From Ostrea edulis (lineage: Eukaryota), in contig NC_079165.1 of assembly GCF_947568905.1 (NCBI RefSeq), positions 41,478,001-41,542,000 of the forward strand: a stretch of DNA of 64,000 nucleotides, read 5' to 3'. The notes below the pieces were generated by a model that saw only the letters and a list, made by a program, of their open reading frames with translations, did not search any database and was not told the DNA's origin. Shown piece by piece: positions 22,262 to 37,390 of the stretch; position 1 is the stretch's first letter, and the number at the start of each line of letters is the position of its first letter. The position numbers and the translations under genes were made by a program.

Positions 22262-25200
22262 CAAATTAAATGTTTTTTAATATCATTTGAGTGATTGTCA
22301 CCATCTATTTCTTCATAGTCTTTGAAACATATCCCAATGTTGTTTTCATTTCTTTATCAATTTCCCCTCTGGCTACACGGGCAACAAACGGAGAGAAACT
22401 AACGCGTACGATCTCTAGTTGACAACATGCAAATTACAGAGGGGAAACCGACAGCTAACCTCAATCCTTGTGGTTTAATATGAATTGTATGTGTTCTTTA
22501 TTCGTCTGTCAGGTTTCGCCAGGGCTAGTAAAGTTGTTGAATTTTTTTCTATTAAAACGCAAAGTCGCGTTTTTCAATTAATATTGGTACAATGGTCCAT
22601 GATATTTAAACTTTGGGTTTCTGTAAGGAAAACCGATGCTCTTCATCTAGAATTTCACTCGCATAGCAAAAGTTTTCTTACCGGGGGCAATTTGTGTATT
22701 GCATGTGGTATGCTAGAACACGTACCTACACACCACGCATTGAGACCGGCATAATGAATTATATCAACTGTCACGTTAAACAAGTTTTATTCAGTTTCGT
22801 TCAATTATAAAACTTAACAATCTGTGAAATTACATGATTTGGTAATATCGTATCACTGAGTTTATCAATTTTGATAAAAAATATTTCATATAATATCCTT
22901 TATATTTTTCACAATATATAAATCACAATATTTTTAAGCAGCCATCAATCGCCCTTTGAATTACGTTTTAAAAATATATAAAATACGTTTTTTCAAATAA
23001 TTCACTGATAAACAAAAAACGAGACAAAAATCATCCTCACTGATTCACATTTTCATAATATAAAAATCCCCACAACAAAATCATGTACAACATATGACAA
23101 TAGATACAAGTCGCGCACGGTTTCTCAAATAAATATAAAAAAACCCATTTTCTTCTGTTTTTTATTACCTATACCATACTGATGTCTGGTGTTAAGAAAG
23201 AAGAAACAAACTCCCCGGGGGCCTTAGCATCTGTCAGGAGAATTGACCTTAGGTGAAAAACTACATTACACATACACAGAAAACAGATCGACACAAACAT
23301 AATCAAGTTACACTTGATATTTCCCGTCAGCGACTGAATACTTCTGTATTCTGTAATGAAACCGAAATTGTACTATAACCATTTGTCAACAGAAAATTCA
23401 CTTTTCCCCCCTTTTACATCTTTCGCTCGTTCAGAAACAGCAGAATAAAGCAAAATGTCAATGTTAGAATTGTTAGAACATGAATCATTTAACACACGTT
23501 TGCCTAATTAAAATATGATGAAATATTCATTGATTATAGAATATTTTGTGGTGCATATTGTGCAATCCCCCTATTTTCCTCTATACGATTAATAATATAT
23601 GAAAAGTTCAGGTTCATCATTTATTTACAAAACCTTTCCTCGTTGTGATATAGAAAATGAAAACATCCTGCCAAACTATATCCAAGAATTTGCTTTACAT
23701 AATTGAAAAGTCATAATCAGAGGAGAATGTTCTTGTGCTGGGTGGAGCGATGCGGGCTCTGATTATCTTAATTCTGACAGAATGACTGGTATGGAGATGT
23801 ACTATGTATGTCACACTCGGTTGACGGTCAATACCTGAGCTACTATAAGGGCTGATAACCATCTTGTTGAAGATTAAAGAAATATTTTCTCCAGCAAGTT
23901 GATAAAAGTAACAGATGTGCGATCAAAATATAATTGCCACTAGGTAAAATCAGTCTACAAAGGTAAAAAAAAAAAAACATCATTAAAGCGAACTTTTCTT
24001 ATACGGTGCCATTGTAACCTTTTATCCAGACAACATGTATCTGCTGACTCAGTGGAGCAAAAAACAATCGAACCAACTTAATCACTTAATGTGTGCATCT
24101 CTTGCTTTTGAAATTCTACAATATATGAATTTTTGTACCGGAGTCAAACTCCAAACATAGGTAAAATACAAACGATGTCGTAGGGGGGTTGGGGGGTTAA
24201 GCATAACATAACTGCGGGTCAGTAAATACTACCAACCCATACATCACACAAAATCAACCAAAAAAAAAAATAATGCAATATTACAGGTAAAACGAAGTAA
24301 GGAATTTCTCTCTTAAAATACTGAACAAAAATATCACTTTGACAAATATTTGTTAAACATGATAAAGACTAGTGTTAATGATACAGTCGACTGTTTCACC
24401 AATAAATTGCACTGTGACATAAAGTATTGTCAGTTTCAAAAAGAGAATCAAGCCGCTTATTACGAACTCCATTACAAAATAATTTCTCTGTCCAGCACAC
24501 TGCCAATTGATTCACGGTCGAATCTGTCTCTTGTCTTTTTTTTCAGCCTATCATATTCACCCTGAGTTCCTATCTCTCTCTCCTTAGTTTCCAATAATGC
24601 ACCAGCCATCAGCCCCGTTAGGAAAAACCATGTACAGCAGTCACCAGTTTTAAACAGTTGTTTCTGGAATATGTTATATGAAAAAATAAATAAACCAATG
24701 TAGGGGGAAAAATCAGAACAGCTCGTTACATCTCAATGCGTGAACAATAAGCAAAATAAACAAACAAAACAAAGAAGCAAAACATCATTATTTCTTTTGA
24801 CAATACACTTTGTTTCATAGATTTCCATGGGTATCAAAGTTCGTGGTTTTACAAAAAATAAATATTTGGTTTTCTGATGCATAAATTCGTGTACTGTCGT
24901 CATTTTGATTTTTCCTCTTACAGGAGAACAACCTTTCTTTGGCAACTTGATTTTAAATATTCCATCATGAAAACAACGAAAATAATGTTCAACGAATGTT
25001 CATGAACCGTTCCACAGAATGCATAGACATGTATTATCAAGTGTACATCCATGCAATTCTTATGGTAAGAATGCATAAACATCACCGTTTAATTATAGCA
25101 TAAGCAATATGAATCGTGTTTTGGTTACTTTTCTGTTCATACGGATACCCTGTGTATCAATAGAGAAATATGTATATTATGAAAATGCATATTAGAAACA

Positions 25201-25613
25201 AATCATAACTTTTAGTTTCAATATTTAAGAATCTTTGGACTATAAATTGGCCCCCTTCGTATAGATTGTGATATGGTCTAGTATTCCAATATGAAAGGCT
25301 TTGAACACCATATATTAAGACACAGGTTCCTTATATATCGTAATGTAAGATTGTGTAATATCAGGATTCAATGTTGTCAAACAAATTCCAGATGTACAAA
25401 CTTGGTATATTTTCATGAGTCAATATAACGGTATCTTCATTTCAACTCTCACTATACATGTGTACGTGTGTATATATCTTGTTTAAGTTTTCGTCCATTT
25501 TGTTGCCTGATGCTTTCAGGTACTGAAATTCAAAGTGTTCATCATGTACTTAATGTATAATTATGTTTTGAGAAATAAACTGAACTTGAACAAAACAAAA
25601 TATTTTTTCTTAC

Positions 25614-28600
25614 CTTTCCTACTTTGGGAGTCGGGTACAGCTGGTTTGGGTTGTCTTGGCTTTGGCGTAGGGCGACTGGCCACCGGGGGCTTTGTGTTGG
25701 CAGTCTTTGGTTGCACATCATGAGAGTTTGGACCATCTGTGTATTCTTTATGTAGCTTATTCTCTTCCGTCAGAACTTGGTCATTTTCGACGTTTTGTGG
25801 ACTAGAAACAACAGCTTCCAGTCCAGGAGGCTTGCGTTGTTTATATGGCTCATGATTTAATTCTCCGTTTGAAAAATGCTCCGTTAGTTGCATGGGAGAT
25901 CTGTCCTCAATTGTCGATGAAAGCGGTGTCGTCTTTTTGAGAATTGATGGCGGAACTTTAGTATCAGATATAGGGATATGGTTAGGTCTAGTTGGTGAAG
26001 TTGTAGAAGCATTGAGGGGGGTATTTGTAGAAGGTTTCACCGGAGAAGTCTCACCACCCTTCTTATCGGTACTCTTTTCAAACATTAGTCGTAACTGTGA
26101 AAAAGGCACTATAGGTATGGGCATTAATTCTTTGGGTTTTTCTTTATTTCTGAATTTGTCACTTGGTAATGATAAACTAGTTTGGGATATGGGTGCTTTT
26201 TCGGGAGTCATTGGTAACTTAGGACCACGGAAAAACTTGGCACTAGGGGGTGTCACTCGAGTTCTAATAACAACAGGGTTTTGCTGTGATGGAGATTGAC
26301 ATGCAGATGAGGAGAGACTAGGCGGGTAGCCCATTGATGACATTGTTGATGTTGAGTCCCTTCTCTGTTGGGATCCATATAAACTAAAAGTACTACCACT
26401 ACGTGAGACACTAGAATTCTTAAACCAATCAGGAACATTAAGTTTTTGTAGAGATTTCGACACCCGAAGTTCATGAACAGAAGGAACACGTGCGAGGTTT
26501 CCCTCCCCTTTTGCTGAGAAAACATCGTCTATGTTTGTTTCAAGGGTCTGTAAACTCTTTGACTTGGCGACATTTCTGTCTGCGAAACGACCCCGTGATG
26601 TCTTCTTGGTTTGTTTCTTGACACCCAGTTCACTCATACTGTGGGCCCTCTTGATGGAACTCTGAAAATCAAAGTCACATTCAACATCAGAATCAGGGAA
26701 TATAAAAAGGGCTTCTGTGGTTTCGCCAGTATCTATATCTGTTTCAACTAGAGAAGCCATAGAACTATACCGCATCATATCCGACCCACTCACTGAAAAA
26801 CTAGTGTTTAAATTGTCAATGGATTCCGTGGTATTATGAATTTCTTCGTGAATTTGAGGTGAAAACATGCAATTTTCATGCAGGGAATGCAGTTCTCTTT
26901 TTTCAAATGATTCGTCACATGAAACACGAGATGAGTACAAGCTGCTTATATGATCTATCCTTTCAATACTGGAATTTCTTAATGAATTTCGCGATGACGA
27001 GAGTTCGCGCTTTTTGTAGCGTCCAGTTTTTGGAATTGAGGTAAGTGATGCTTTGTGCGATGCAAATTTGTCTTGCATAGGACTTGGTGCCAAACATTCT
27101 TGGCTTAAAAATCTCTGTCGCATAGCAAATATTTTCTGCCTGGAAAGGGGAACATTTTTTGGAAACTCGAAAACAAAAGTCTTCCTCTCGGGTTCTGTTA
27201 CTGGGGCAAGGAGGGCCGAGTCGTAGACTATTGGTTGTCTCTTCCTCGGTACTTGTTTACTTAGCTTAGCTCTCACGCCCTTTGAATCTCGACGAAACGA
27301 GGACGGTTTCTGCAAAGGTGTTCGAGCCACGCGACTTGTACCTGATCTATCCAAATATTTGTTCCAGATTTCCAGGTTTTGATCATACACGTCTTGATCA
27401 ATTGGCTTAGATCGTTTCATTATGTCCAAATCGGATTCCAACACATCAGATTCTGTAGCGCCAGACATAGTGTCAACAGGTTTACTATCCGATTCTGGAA
27501 TTGTTTCTACTTCAGAATTAATATGATCACAGTTAAGTGCCTCTTCTATGCAATGTAAATTCTTAACATTACTATTTGCATCTAATACTTCTTGATCTTC
27601 TGTTATTGGTGGATTGTAACGACTTTGTCTCGAGGAGTCTAATAATTCAGCGTTTTCGTTTGCAATAACATCTTTGTCTTGTGATTTGTTAGAATAAGTA
27701 TGGACTGACACGTCATCGTTTGAAATGGGCAAATTTTCAATAAGAAAGTCTACAGTATCGTTATCATTGTTTGTTTTATCTGGAATTATTTCCTCGTTTT
27801 GTTCATTTTGTATATTTTCTTGTTCGTTTAAAATATTTTGTTCTTGCTCGTTAAGATCTTTTTTCGAGGCTAAATCCTCCTCTGAAATGTGCAATAGCTT
27901 GTCATCACAAGAAGGATGACTCTCTTCGCTTTCACTGATTTCATCTTCCTGATTAGTACGCTGTATTAAATTCTTGTCACGACTTTCATCTTGCTCTTCG
28001 TTGCTTGACTTGGTATATGATAGAATGTTTTCAATTTGGACAGCTGATGCATTATCTCGCGGATTGAAATCGATATTCGTTGCTGCTGTGTTGGCTTCAT
28101 TAAGAAGACGTGTTTTCTCATCTATAACAATAACGTCTTCCTCGTAATGACCATCATGATTTTCTGTTTTATCGGACGCGTCCTTTTCGAGGTCCTCTGG
28201 TGGATAAGCACTCTCCGAGATAACTGGGCATTCGTTCAAAACTTCATTTGACTCGTGAATGACTAGATCTATTTCATTGATATTGTTTAAGTACTCTGCG
28301 CTGTTATCAGTATCAATGTTTCGTTCCCTTGTAAAATATCTGCTCCGATGCTCTATGCTTATGTCTTCAGTCCTAGAGAACACTAGCGACTGATTAGGAC
28401 TATGCATAAGAGTCCTCAAGTCTTCACAAGGGTGTGATAATCCAGCAATGTTTAAATTGTTTACTGTTTCGAAATTCCTCAAATGTCCGTTATTCCCCAC
28501 AACCATAAAGAAGGAGTCGCTATCATCCGTATCTTCACTCGAGTCGCAGTAGTCGTCTTCAAAAGGGTTATATTCTCGAGGTTCAATGTCATCGTCAAAT

Positions 28601-30282
28601 CTGTTGTCGTACGCTAAACTTTTCCGAATTTCTTCAACGAAAGTGGGGCTCAATTGGCCATTTTCATTGGTTTTCTGTCTATCTCCCTCTTTGCGAAATT
28701 CACTTTGATCATTAATCGACTGAACAAATTCTTCATAATCCAAATCACTTGCAGTTCCCTGTTTTTTGTTTGTGGCGTGCAAATCCGTGAGTATGGTCAC
28801 TTCCAAATCTTTGGGTACTTCTGCATTTAAATCTCTTTCGATAGTGTTTGCTGATTGGCTTGATATCGTGAAGTCAGATTTGCAGCTGTCCTCTGAAGAG
28901 CTTTCGACATTGTGTATGAATGCGAGGAGGCTTTTGTTGGTTGGGTCTTTGACCTTTTCACATTCGGACAAAATGGAACATGCTTGACTAGTTTGCTGAT
29001 TATCCACTTTCTCTTTCGCTTTGTTTAATTCCCACGTGTTGACACTCACGACTGTCATAACCGAGGCACTACTACTACAAGTACTGCACGATTCATCAGA
29101 CAGATTTTCGTCATCGTCAATTGCACACGTTCGCACAGGTAAATTGCACGTAAGTTCCGCTTCGTCTGAGTCCAAGTATGTCAGATTTTCGGGGTAATTG
29201 TTAAAAGTAATTATATCCGACTTTGAATCAAGTTCTCCGCATTCTTTGGTTTCAGTCTCGTTAACATTTAAACTCCCCTCTTGCTGTTTTTCATCGTTTG
29301 TCACAGTGGGCGTAGTTAATGCATCTGAAAATGGCTGTTTACTGCTACCTGGAAAATGTTCGGCAGTCTCTTCTTGGTTTCTTCTATCCAATCCGTTGGG
29401 AGCATTTTGCGTTTCATTACTGTTAAATCCAATTTCAGTTTCACTTTCGTCTGTCTCATCAAAATCATCGTCAGAGTCTTCCTCAATGATAGGTGCTAAC
29501 GTCTGAGGAAAATATACTTGATTATCGTCAACTGGACTACAATGAAACCCCCCTTCATCACTCCCCTCTTCCTCGTCACTCTCGGCCCCCTCTTCCTCAT
29601 CACTACTGTCATTAATTTGCATATCACTCTCTGATTCTTGTACTGCACTTCTGTATTCGCTATTTACATACATTTCCTCGAGCATTTCACTTGACAGTGG
29701 TGGTGAAATATCGTTACACTCTGTTGAAGAACTTTCATCGTCCTTCAACCTTTTAGCAGACGCGATAAAGTCTTTTGCTGACCGACGGGTGTGTACGGCG
29801 CCATACATGTCCTCTTCCCAACTGTATTCGGCCCAGGTAGGACTATCGTCTTCATCATCTGAAACGCAGTAGTCGTCTGGCCCCGAGCCGTCATTTGTGC
29901 CGCGTTCCGATATTACAACGTCCGAATTTGATATGGCCGGCACTTCGGCAGTGAGGCTCTGAGAGGTAGAATTACCCACAATGCGTTCATTTGCGTTGTC
30001 ACATTCACCATGTTTATCGGGTTTTATCGCCGAATTTGTCAAATGTTTTGAACTGAATTTTTGTTTGGGGCGGCCATTGTCAACTTGGTTATGTTGTTCC
30101 TCCAGTAGCCTCCACGAGAACAATATAGTTACTATTGTAGCGATGGCGGCTGTCAAAAATCTCTCGAATGCCCCGTCGGTGTGGGACCCTAGTCCGGCGC
30201 CTTTCCCTATATTATCCATCATGTACCGTGTCGAGCGGATGTAAACACACCTGAGATATCCTTGGTATGTCACATTGTGTAC
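25614..30282 (-). CDS. Giant exon of an uncharacterised, acidic, largely disordered protein with an N-terminal hydrophobic segment
   Basis: 1570-codon stop-free frame in AT-rich DNA. Acceptor tttataag| at 30283/30282, first ATGs at 30222/30219, donor AAAG|gtaag at 25614/25613 (phase 1). Hydrophobic FLTAAIATIVTILFSWRLL near the N-terminus. Downstream exons were not resolved. Confidence 0.85.
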
Positions 30283-31495
30283 CTTATAAACACGAGATAT
30301 TTAACACGGCTTGTTCGATAAATATATGATCCATCACGCAACAAGTCTCATTCACTTTAGTACTAGGGCCAGCCAGATGTGTCCTTGTTGTCAATTTATG
30401 CTAAACACTGTCCATTTATCGCTGAATTTACACATACTACTGCAAGCTTAGTTGTCAAATATAGACCGCTGTTTGAGAATTTCTCTCCAGAAGAACAACC
30501 AATGAGATCTTGCGTTATATACACGTGGTCGGTAAATGCGATCGATAGTAAAAAAATCCATTGACTAATTTTGAGTGAATTATCGATGTATGTTATGTAT
30601 AATTAGCGTGTTATCTTCGTACAACAATGATTGTAGCCATGTGTTTTCTCATGCAGTGCCCATTGTTACCTATTATCTAATGACACGTAATAACTCGAAC
30701 GACCTAATTAATATTTGCGCTGGCGAAGAATACAAGCTGAGAAAATTAGCAGTAATTTTAAAAAAGGTCTAGGGAGGGAGTTAATGAGTACAAAAAGTGT
30801 CATTTCTAGAGCTTCGAAATGACAGGAACGCATGCAAATCTCAAGACCACCACCTATCTATAAGGAAATGTGTATTGTTGACGAGAAACTATCGATTGGC
30901 AAGGCAGCTGGTGCAGCAATACAACGACGTACAATAAACTATTATAAAAGTTCTGAAGCAAAAAGGCTACCGGAGACTAGGGTTAAATCACGAAACAGCC
31001 AGGACGTTTTTAATCCTCATTTAAATGTTTAGCTATTGTTCTGTATTATGTAGATGCTATGTAATATTTTTCGGTATTATTCTATTTGAAACATTCTATA
31101 AACAACGGTATATACAATGATCACGCATACCTGAACCGAAAAGAGCTTAATAAACCACATCAAATTCAGACCCCGGGCCATCCTTTTAAAAACAAACATG
31201 GACGAAAGGACTATTTTTTGTTTTACAAATACGATTTCGTGACCAAGAAATATCGCAGTGCAATGTGATGTTGATCTTGTAAATTTTTAATTTTTCGTTT
31301 CATCTCCTTTATGAAACTCGTAATAACCATGTTAAAGGGAGCACACGACGTGGTATTGACGTTACTGCCTTCAGCTATCATTCTAGCATTTACAGTGTAA
31401 TAAAGATAAAAAATCTTTACGTGGCCTGTCAAAGGTGTCCCCAATTTAAAGCACAGTAGCAAAAATGATTCATGAATTTTTTATGATGAATTAGG

Positions 31496-31557
<62 letters not shown>
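31496..31557. repeat. Compound (TA)n(GA)n microsatellite
   Basis: Directly visible. Confidence 0.95.
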
Positions 31558-31559
<2 letters not shown>

Positions 31560-32349
31560 CTTTCCATTCTCCCCTTATATGCCTAAGGATTTGACATTTT
31601 TCTACAAAATCCCACGTCTACTTTCTGTTTCTGACATGGTCTGGTAGACTGGTAATCAGCTTGGACCAGATGAGTAAACAGTATCTAGTGTTATATGCGA
31701 TAAAGTAATCTCCTGTCAATAAACCATGTGGTTCACCTACACAGGGTGTATATTAAATGTACTCTCTCTCTCTCTCTCTCAGTAGATGAATTAAGGACAC
31801 TGCTATAGATATGACGTGGTATATATGCTTGCAAGTACTGGGATAAGAATGTTTTTTTTATACATACTTACATCAGAACATGAATAATCTTAATACAGCT
31901 CAGTTCTTGACGGATACTTGGAACCTGAAAAATATACAATTTATTCCAACATTATAAAGACAACCCTTCACTTTAAATCTACATACAAATCTGAAAAACA
32001 TAATTATTATAAATCAGCATCTCCTCCCAGTATTTTTTGAAAAAAGATAAATGTACACGCCGAACTATTCAATTTCACTCTTATAAAAAAAAAAAAAAAA
32101 AAAAAAAGAATTGTATGTTTTAATGTATTATACCCGAGACATTATATGCTGTGTGTGCGTGTGTGTATTTCATCATTATTATTATTTTAATACGCCCTGA
32201 AACTGATGTTTATTCTTATCTAGCATATTTTTATGGTATCTTGTGTTTTCATGTTTTATATGTACAATGAGGATAGGTACAGCTTTGAATGTTTTATTTA
32301 TTTTCTATGTATTATGTGTATAACATTCTGTTGTAAGGTATATATGCAT

Positions 32350-32419
32350 TGTAAAGCACCTTTGAGCGTACATAGTGTATGAAAAGGGTGCTATATAAAT
32401 ATGGTATTATTATTATTAT
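32350..32419 (+). mobile_element. L2-type LINE/SINE 3' tail
   Basis: tgtaaagcacctttgag..aaaagggtgctatataaat..(tat)n: the conserved L2 3' stem-loop plus a microsatellite tail. Confidence 0.7.
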
Positions 32420-35400
32420 CGTAGAAGTGATGAACACTTTCCATGTAAAATACAGGGTATCGATATGCCCCCACCTTTTTTGAAATGTGCGTTTACATCG
32501 ATCGTATCATCCTTAAAATGAATTCCAACGGGTTTCCATATACATATATTTGATTTGAGAGTGCAAAACACGTGTTATAAAGGTAGCTTAGTATGTGTGG
32601 CACTGAATCGCTAATGGTGTGACTTTTTACAGTGGTGAGTCTTCCATTCCCACGAGTCATCCTAAACGAATTACGCTTCAACATAATTAAGATAATTATT
32701 TTCTCAAGTATTACATAACTGAAAACCCCTTGAGATATATACAAGCTTCTGTACATTTCTAGTGCATTATTTTCTTCGCCATAGATAGACACAAAGTTTT
32801 TAAAAGTTATAAATAATGTAAGAAAAAAGTAGAAAGTAAGATTAAAAGCTAATAACGGTTTTTCCAAGTTACATCAAGAACCAAATACTGTTGTGTATCA
32901 GTTGCGTATCAGAATTACTCAAACCAAGAACAACGTGCGTATCAGAATTACCCAAACCAATTAGGGGCTCTTATTCTATGTTATAATGTATTATAGTTTA
33001 TGTTTTTATTTTGATTACATTTTATTTTCATCTTATTTCATTATTTTTCTTTACCGCATAACTGAGGAGCACAGGGATGTTAACCGAAGCTGTTACTTGT
33101 AGGAGCATGAACATACTTACTAGAATGTATCTATGTCTGTACACGATTTGTTCCCGTAAGTTATAATGCGCATCTCATCCATATACATGTGCGAGCCACT
33201 TTCATTCCTTTCACAGAACTGTATTAGGACAGAGATAGTCTAGACCTGATCTACAGACAATATCGCTTCTACGATTATATAACGCAGTAAATAGATACGA
33301 GAAAGCACTGCATACATGCTTCCTGTATTCAGCCTCCTATACATATTGCATATGTTCATGTTCAATATGAACATAACACATATATATGGTCCTAAACGGT
33401 GCGAAATGCACGAAAATTGACCTACATAACGGATAATGATAAGTCATGTGGCCTATTATAGTAAAAATACCAGGTATATGTAAACAAAATGAATGAGGAT
33501 AATATACCGATTCCACGCTTGTAAAAGGGAGAGGTCGAACTGTTAGTAGAATGGGAAATCTGATGGGCATTTGTATGATATTTACATACGAATTTTATCA
33601 GCAATTCGTGGAATTCATGCCAAGAGTAAATTTCAGAAGCTAACGATAGAAACGGTGATATAACTAAGCAACTGAGTTCAACAAAACGAATACTTTACCC
33701 ACCAAACAAACTTCAACCCTCGCATCCGTACATTATATTAATAGTCATTAGTACCAGCTGTCTTTGTCATATCACGTTAACATATTCAGGGGCGTGCACC
33801 GATATCAATGGAGCTGATACCAGTGGCGGTCTTGATTTGTCTTCTTCAATTTATGTTACATCACATCAGTGGAGAAAAATAAGATAAAAATCGTTACCAT
33901 GGAAATCTGTCACAGCAGTACCATTCTGTGTAATGTAACTTTCAGCGGTCACACGAGAAAATAATAATAATAAACCGCACGTCAAGGGATGGAGGGGAAT
34001 TATTAATTACAACGACATTGACCTTCAAACACACCCATGCATCATGTCTGACACCAACTGCAAAACATCGAGAGGAACTCAAGCCGGCTTCATGTTATCA
34101 CTCACACACACGCCATATAAATGTTGTACTTACCCGGTGTAGAATAGGTATAGACGCTACTGAAAGATGGCCCGAACACACGTGCATTCAACACCAATGC
34201 CCCGCCCGTACAGATGCAGAGAAGAAGGGGTGATTAGATTGTCGGTGCAACGTTCGATAATATTTCTTTAAGGAGAAACATTCCAAACATCCATATCGCC
34301 TAAAGTACGTACAGACGCCGCTATGTTGATGATACTATTCTTGTCTCGCGTGACTTCACTCTCGAAGCGCGTTACCAACGCAACAGATTTTCCTCCTTCG
34401 AAACGCAGTTTGTGACATTTTCTTCTGCAGCACAGGCGTTACTTGCTCCTACTCACCAACAAAAGGCTGTCTAGCGGTGTATTTCTTTTTTATTATTACA
34501 AGGTAATCTATGCATCGATTAGTATGGTTATAGTCAGTATATATTAAAGTTGGGGGGATAGCGCTGCCTCGTTAATGTGGCGTTATTTACAGCGGCATGC
34601 TGTACACGAACGAGTGATTTATTCAATGATTAGAATAGATCGGCGTATACAACATAAACCCTAACACATGTGTAGATCAGAGGATACACGAAACTTAGGT
34701 GGTAAGGAACTTTGATTATACCTCTGGGTATTTTCACAATCTCTCTTCCTCCCCCTCTGTCGCTCTCTCTCTTTCACCCTACCCTTCTTAGATCGGTGTA
34801 ATTTACCGTTTGTTCTGCTTTTAGTTCCAATTAACTGAGACTAACTCGCGGACAAATCTCCATGAATAATAGACGCCGACGAATGGATCCAAACTTGAGT
34901 TGATTAAATCCTGTAAATCCCAATACTAGCTTTGGAGACAGATTCAGTAATAATACTCATGCAGGATGTTTTGTATAAAATCATTCAAGTGTCTGGCAAT
35001 ATACGAGTAATAAATGAAACTATGTTTTTTTCTCTCTCCAAGGATTGGTTAATTTTACAAAGGATTACCATAATTACATTTTTAACTTACCCCCCCCCCC
35101 TCCCCTTCCTTCCACCCCCTAACCCCAGCATTTTTTAAACACAACATTTCTTAGAATTCTTAAATTGTTCAAAATTCTTTTGAAATAGAATACCAAGGAA
35201 TCTTATAAATGAAGCTTTTCTGTACATTTGAAAGAAATTAGATATATACCCTTAATAATTAGTACTATATATATAGTTACACCACGTCCGTCAGACGGAC
35301 GGGCGGGGTGGAACTATATAGGGGGAAGGGGGTTAAGTTAAAAATGTAATTATGGTAATCCTTTGTAAAATTAACCAATCCTTGGAGAAAAAAACCCCTA

Positions 35401-36713
35401 TAATTTCATAGTTTCACAATCTCTCTTTCTCTCCCTCTGTCGCTCTCTCCCTTTCTCCATACCCTTCTTAGATTGTTTACCGTTTGTTCTGCTTTTAGTT
35501 TCAAATAACTGAGACTAACCCCGGAAGACTGGCTATAGTGAGCCTTCTCCCGGGGAAGTCTAGTTATCTAGCCAGTCTTCCCCTTTATACTGAAGCTTCC
35601 CCCTTGTACTTTAGTATCCAGAATAGTCCTCTTCGCTATAATTTACATGTGTTTATTGAAATACAAGCAGTTTCTTTTATGCATTTTTTTAAAATTCAGT
35701 TTACCAAAACGTAATGTTTCATAAAGGTACCTTCAAAAAAAAAGAAAAAAAAGAAAAAGAAAAAAGACCGATTTTATATCAGTCGATATCGTGACATCCC
35801 GGTCAGTGCACGGGGTTGTGGTAACAGTGAATATTTTCGTATTTTAACTTCTCAATGACGTTTTTGATATCCGAAGGGCAACATCAGTTTAAAGTATCAC
35901 CAATCTATTGGATCATAAGTTAATTAAAGGATCTGATCATGGCGCGCAATCAGGAGCGATAAAATAGATATAATAAAGTATTCTTCTGCCCATACATTGC
36001 GTCCATGTACAGAGTAGCCTTTCCCCCTGGTCATTTGTCCCTGGAAACCCGGCTAACTAGCAACACCACCCACACGGAAATATGGCTAATTAGCGAAATG
36101 TCTCCCATTTTATAAGCAAATTAACACCAATACCCCCGGAAATCTGGACAACAGAGCAATCTAATTAAAATAAGATCTTCTCAAACCTTTGCGCTGCAGA
36201 AGGCTCTGACAGCATGTGATTGAGGTCATCTTATTTCACCTTTCACACTTGACCAATCAAATGACGGCTTTCGCTAACATTCTCTTTCTCCAGTGTCTAT
36301 AACGGCTGGAGAAGATCTGTTTTTAATAAGATTGGATAACATAGTGCATTTCATAATGATAAATATTGAAGGTATGATTAATTGATAAGACAGAAACAAA
36401 ACTTGGAATAAAAACATCTTTTGGTTTATTTGATTTGATACAATAAGATATCGGTAATTGATTTAAATATATCATACGTTCAATTCAATGTATAGTGTGT
36501 AATAATTAAATTAATGATGACATCGGTTAAAATATGGCACACAATACCAGTAGTTGAATGTTTAGGATATCTTCAATTCAGTGTATGTTATAATTAGTTC
36601 ATTGGTGGAAGGGGATAATCTTATTTTGAATAATAGAAGATATGTAAATTCACTTCGATTTCATTGCCTTTGAAGATATACATCTTATCAAAAATGATCC
36701 TTGATAAGCTCAT

Positions 36714-37235
36714 TCAATACGGAAGTTCCGAGTTCCCCAAGAGTTATTTCCCTTTGTCGAACTCTTCCGTAAAGTATGACGTAAAATATGATGACAGTGG
36801 GTACATTTGCTAATTACTATCGTTGTATTATTTCTTAAAAGATGATATCCAGAGTTTCTGAGACCATCCTACCTCAGGGAAAAGGCAACTTTAGTGAGTT
36901 TATGAGTATTGGATAACAAAATGGCTCAAACAAATATTGTTAATTGCCACCTTTCTTTGATAAAGCGTCACTCATGTAGAAGAGGAAACGAATAATGATT
37001 CAATAGCTAATTTGATGATCTTATTCAAACAAATTATGCTTGATATGGCCAGAATATGCATACCAGTGATTGATATAAACAAAAGTTACGCTTTTATTAC
37101 ATTAATCGTACGTAATCGTTATGTACAATGCCATACGATATAATGTATACATTGTGCACCCACCATACGTCATGAAATGCAAAAGAGTTCGACAAAGGGA
37201 AATAACTTTTGGGTAACTCGGAACTTGCGTATTCA
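36714..37235. mobile_element. MITE with ~50-bp terminal inverted repeats
   Basis: tcaatacggaagttccgagttccccaagagttatttccctttgtcgaactct versus agagttcgacaaagggaaataacttttgggtaactcggaacttgcgtattca. Confidence 0.8.
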
Positions 37236-37390
37236 GTAGTTGATCGACTGATAAAAGAAGTTACCCGTTCAATTAATATATCAAAGATATTGATACACTA
37301 TAAAATTGCAACCAACCACATATGTGTATTGTAGGGGAAGTTTCACTACTAGTGGTTAGGGGATATAGCCACCCCTCTTAGGGGGATGGA

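Noticed and set aside
22560-24660. Candidate downstream exons of the giant-exon gene (e.g. ~24560-24640, ~22681-22760)
   Set aside because: Plausible donors exist, but I could not build a phase-consistent chain or recognise homology.
25892-30244. Plus-strand ORFs overlapping the giant exon
   Set aside because: They are antisense shadows of the long minus-strand frame.
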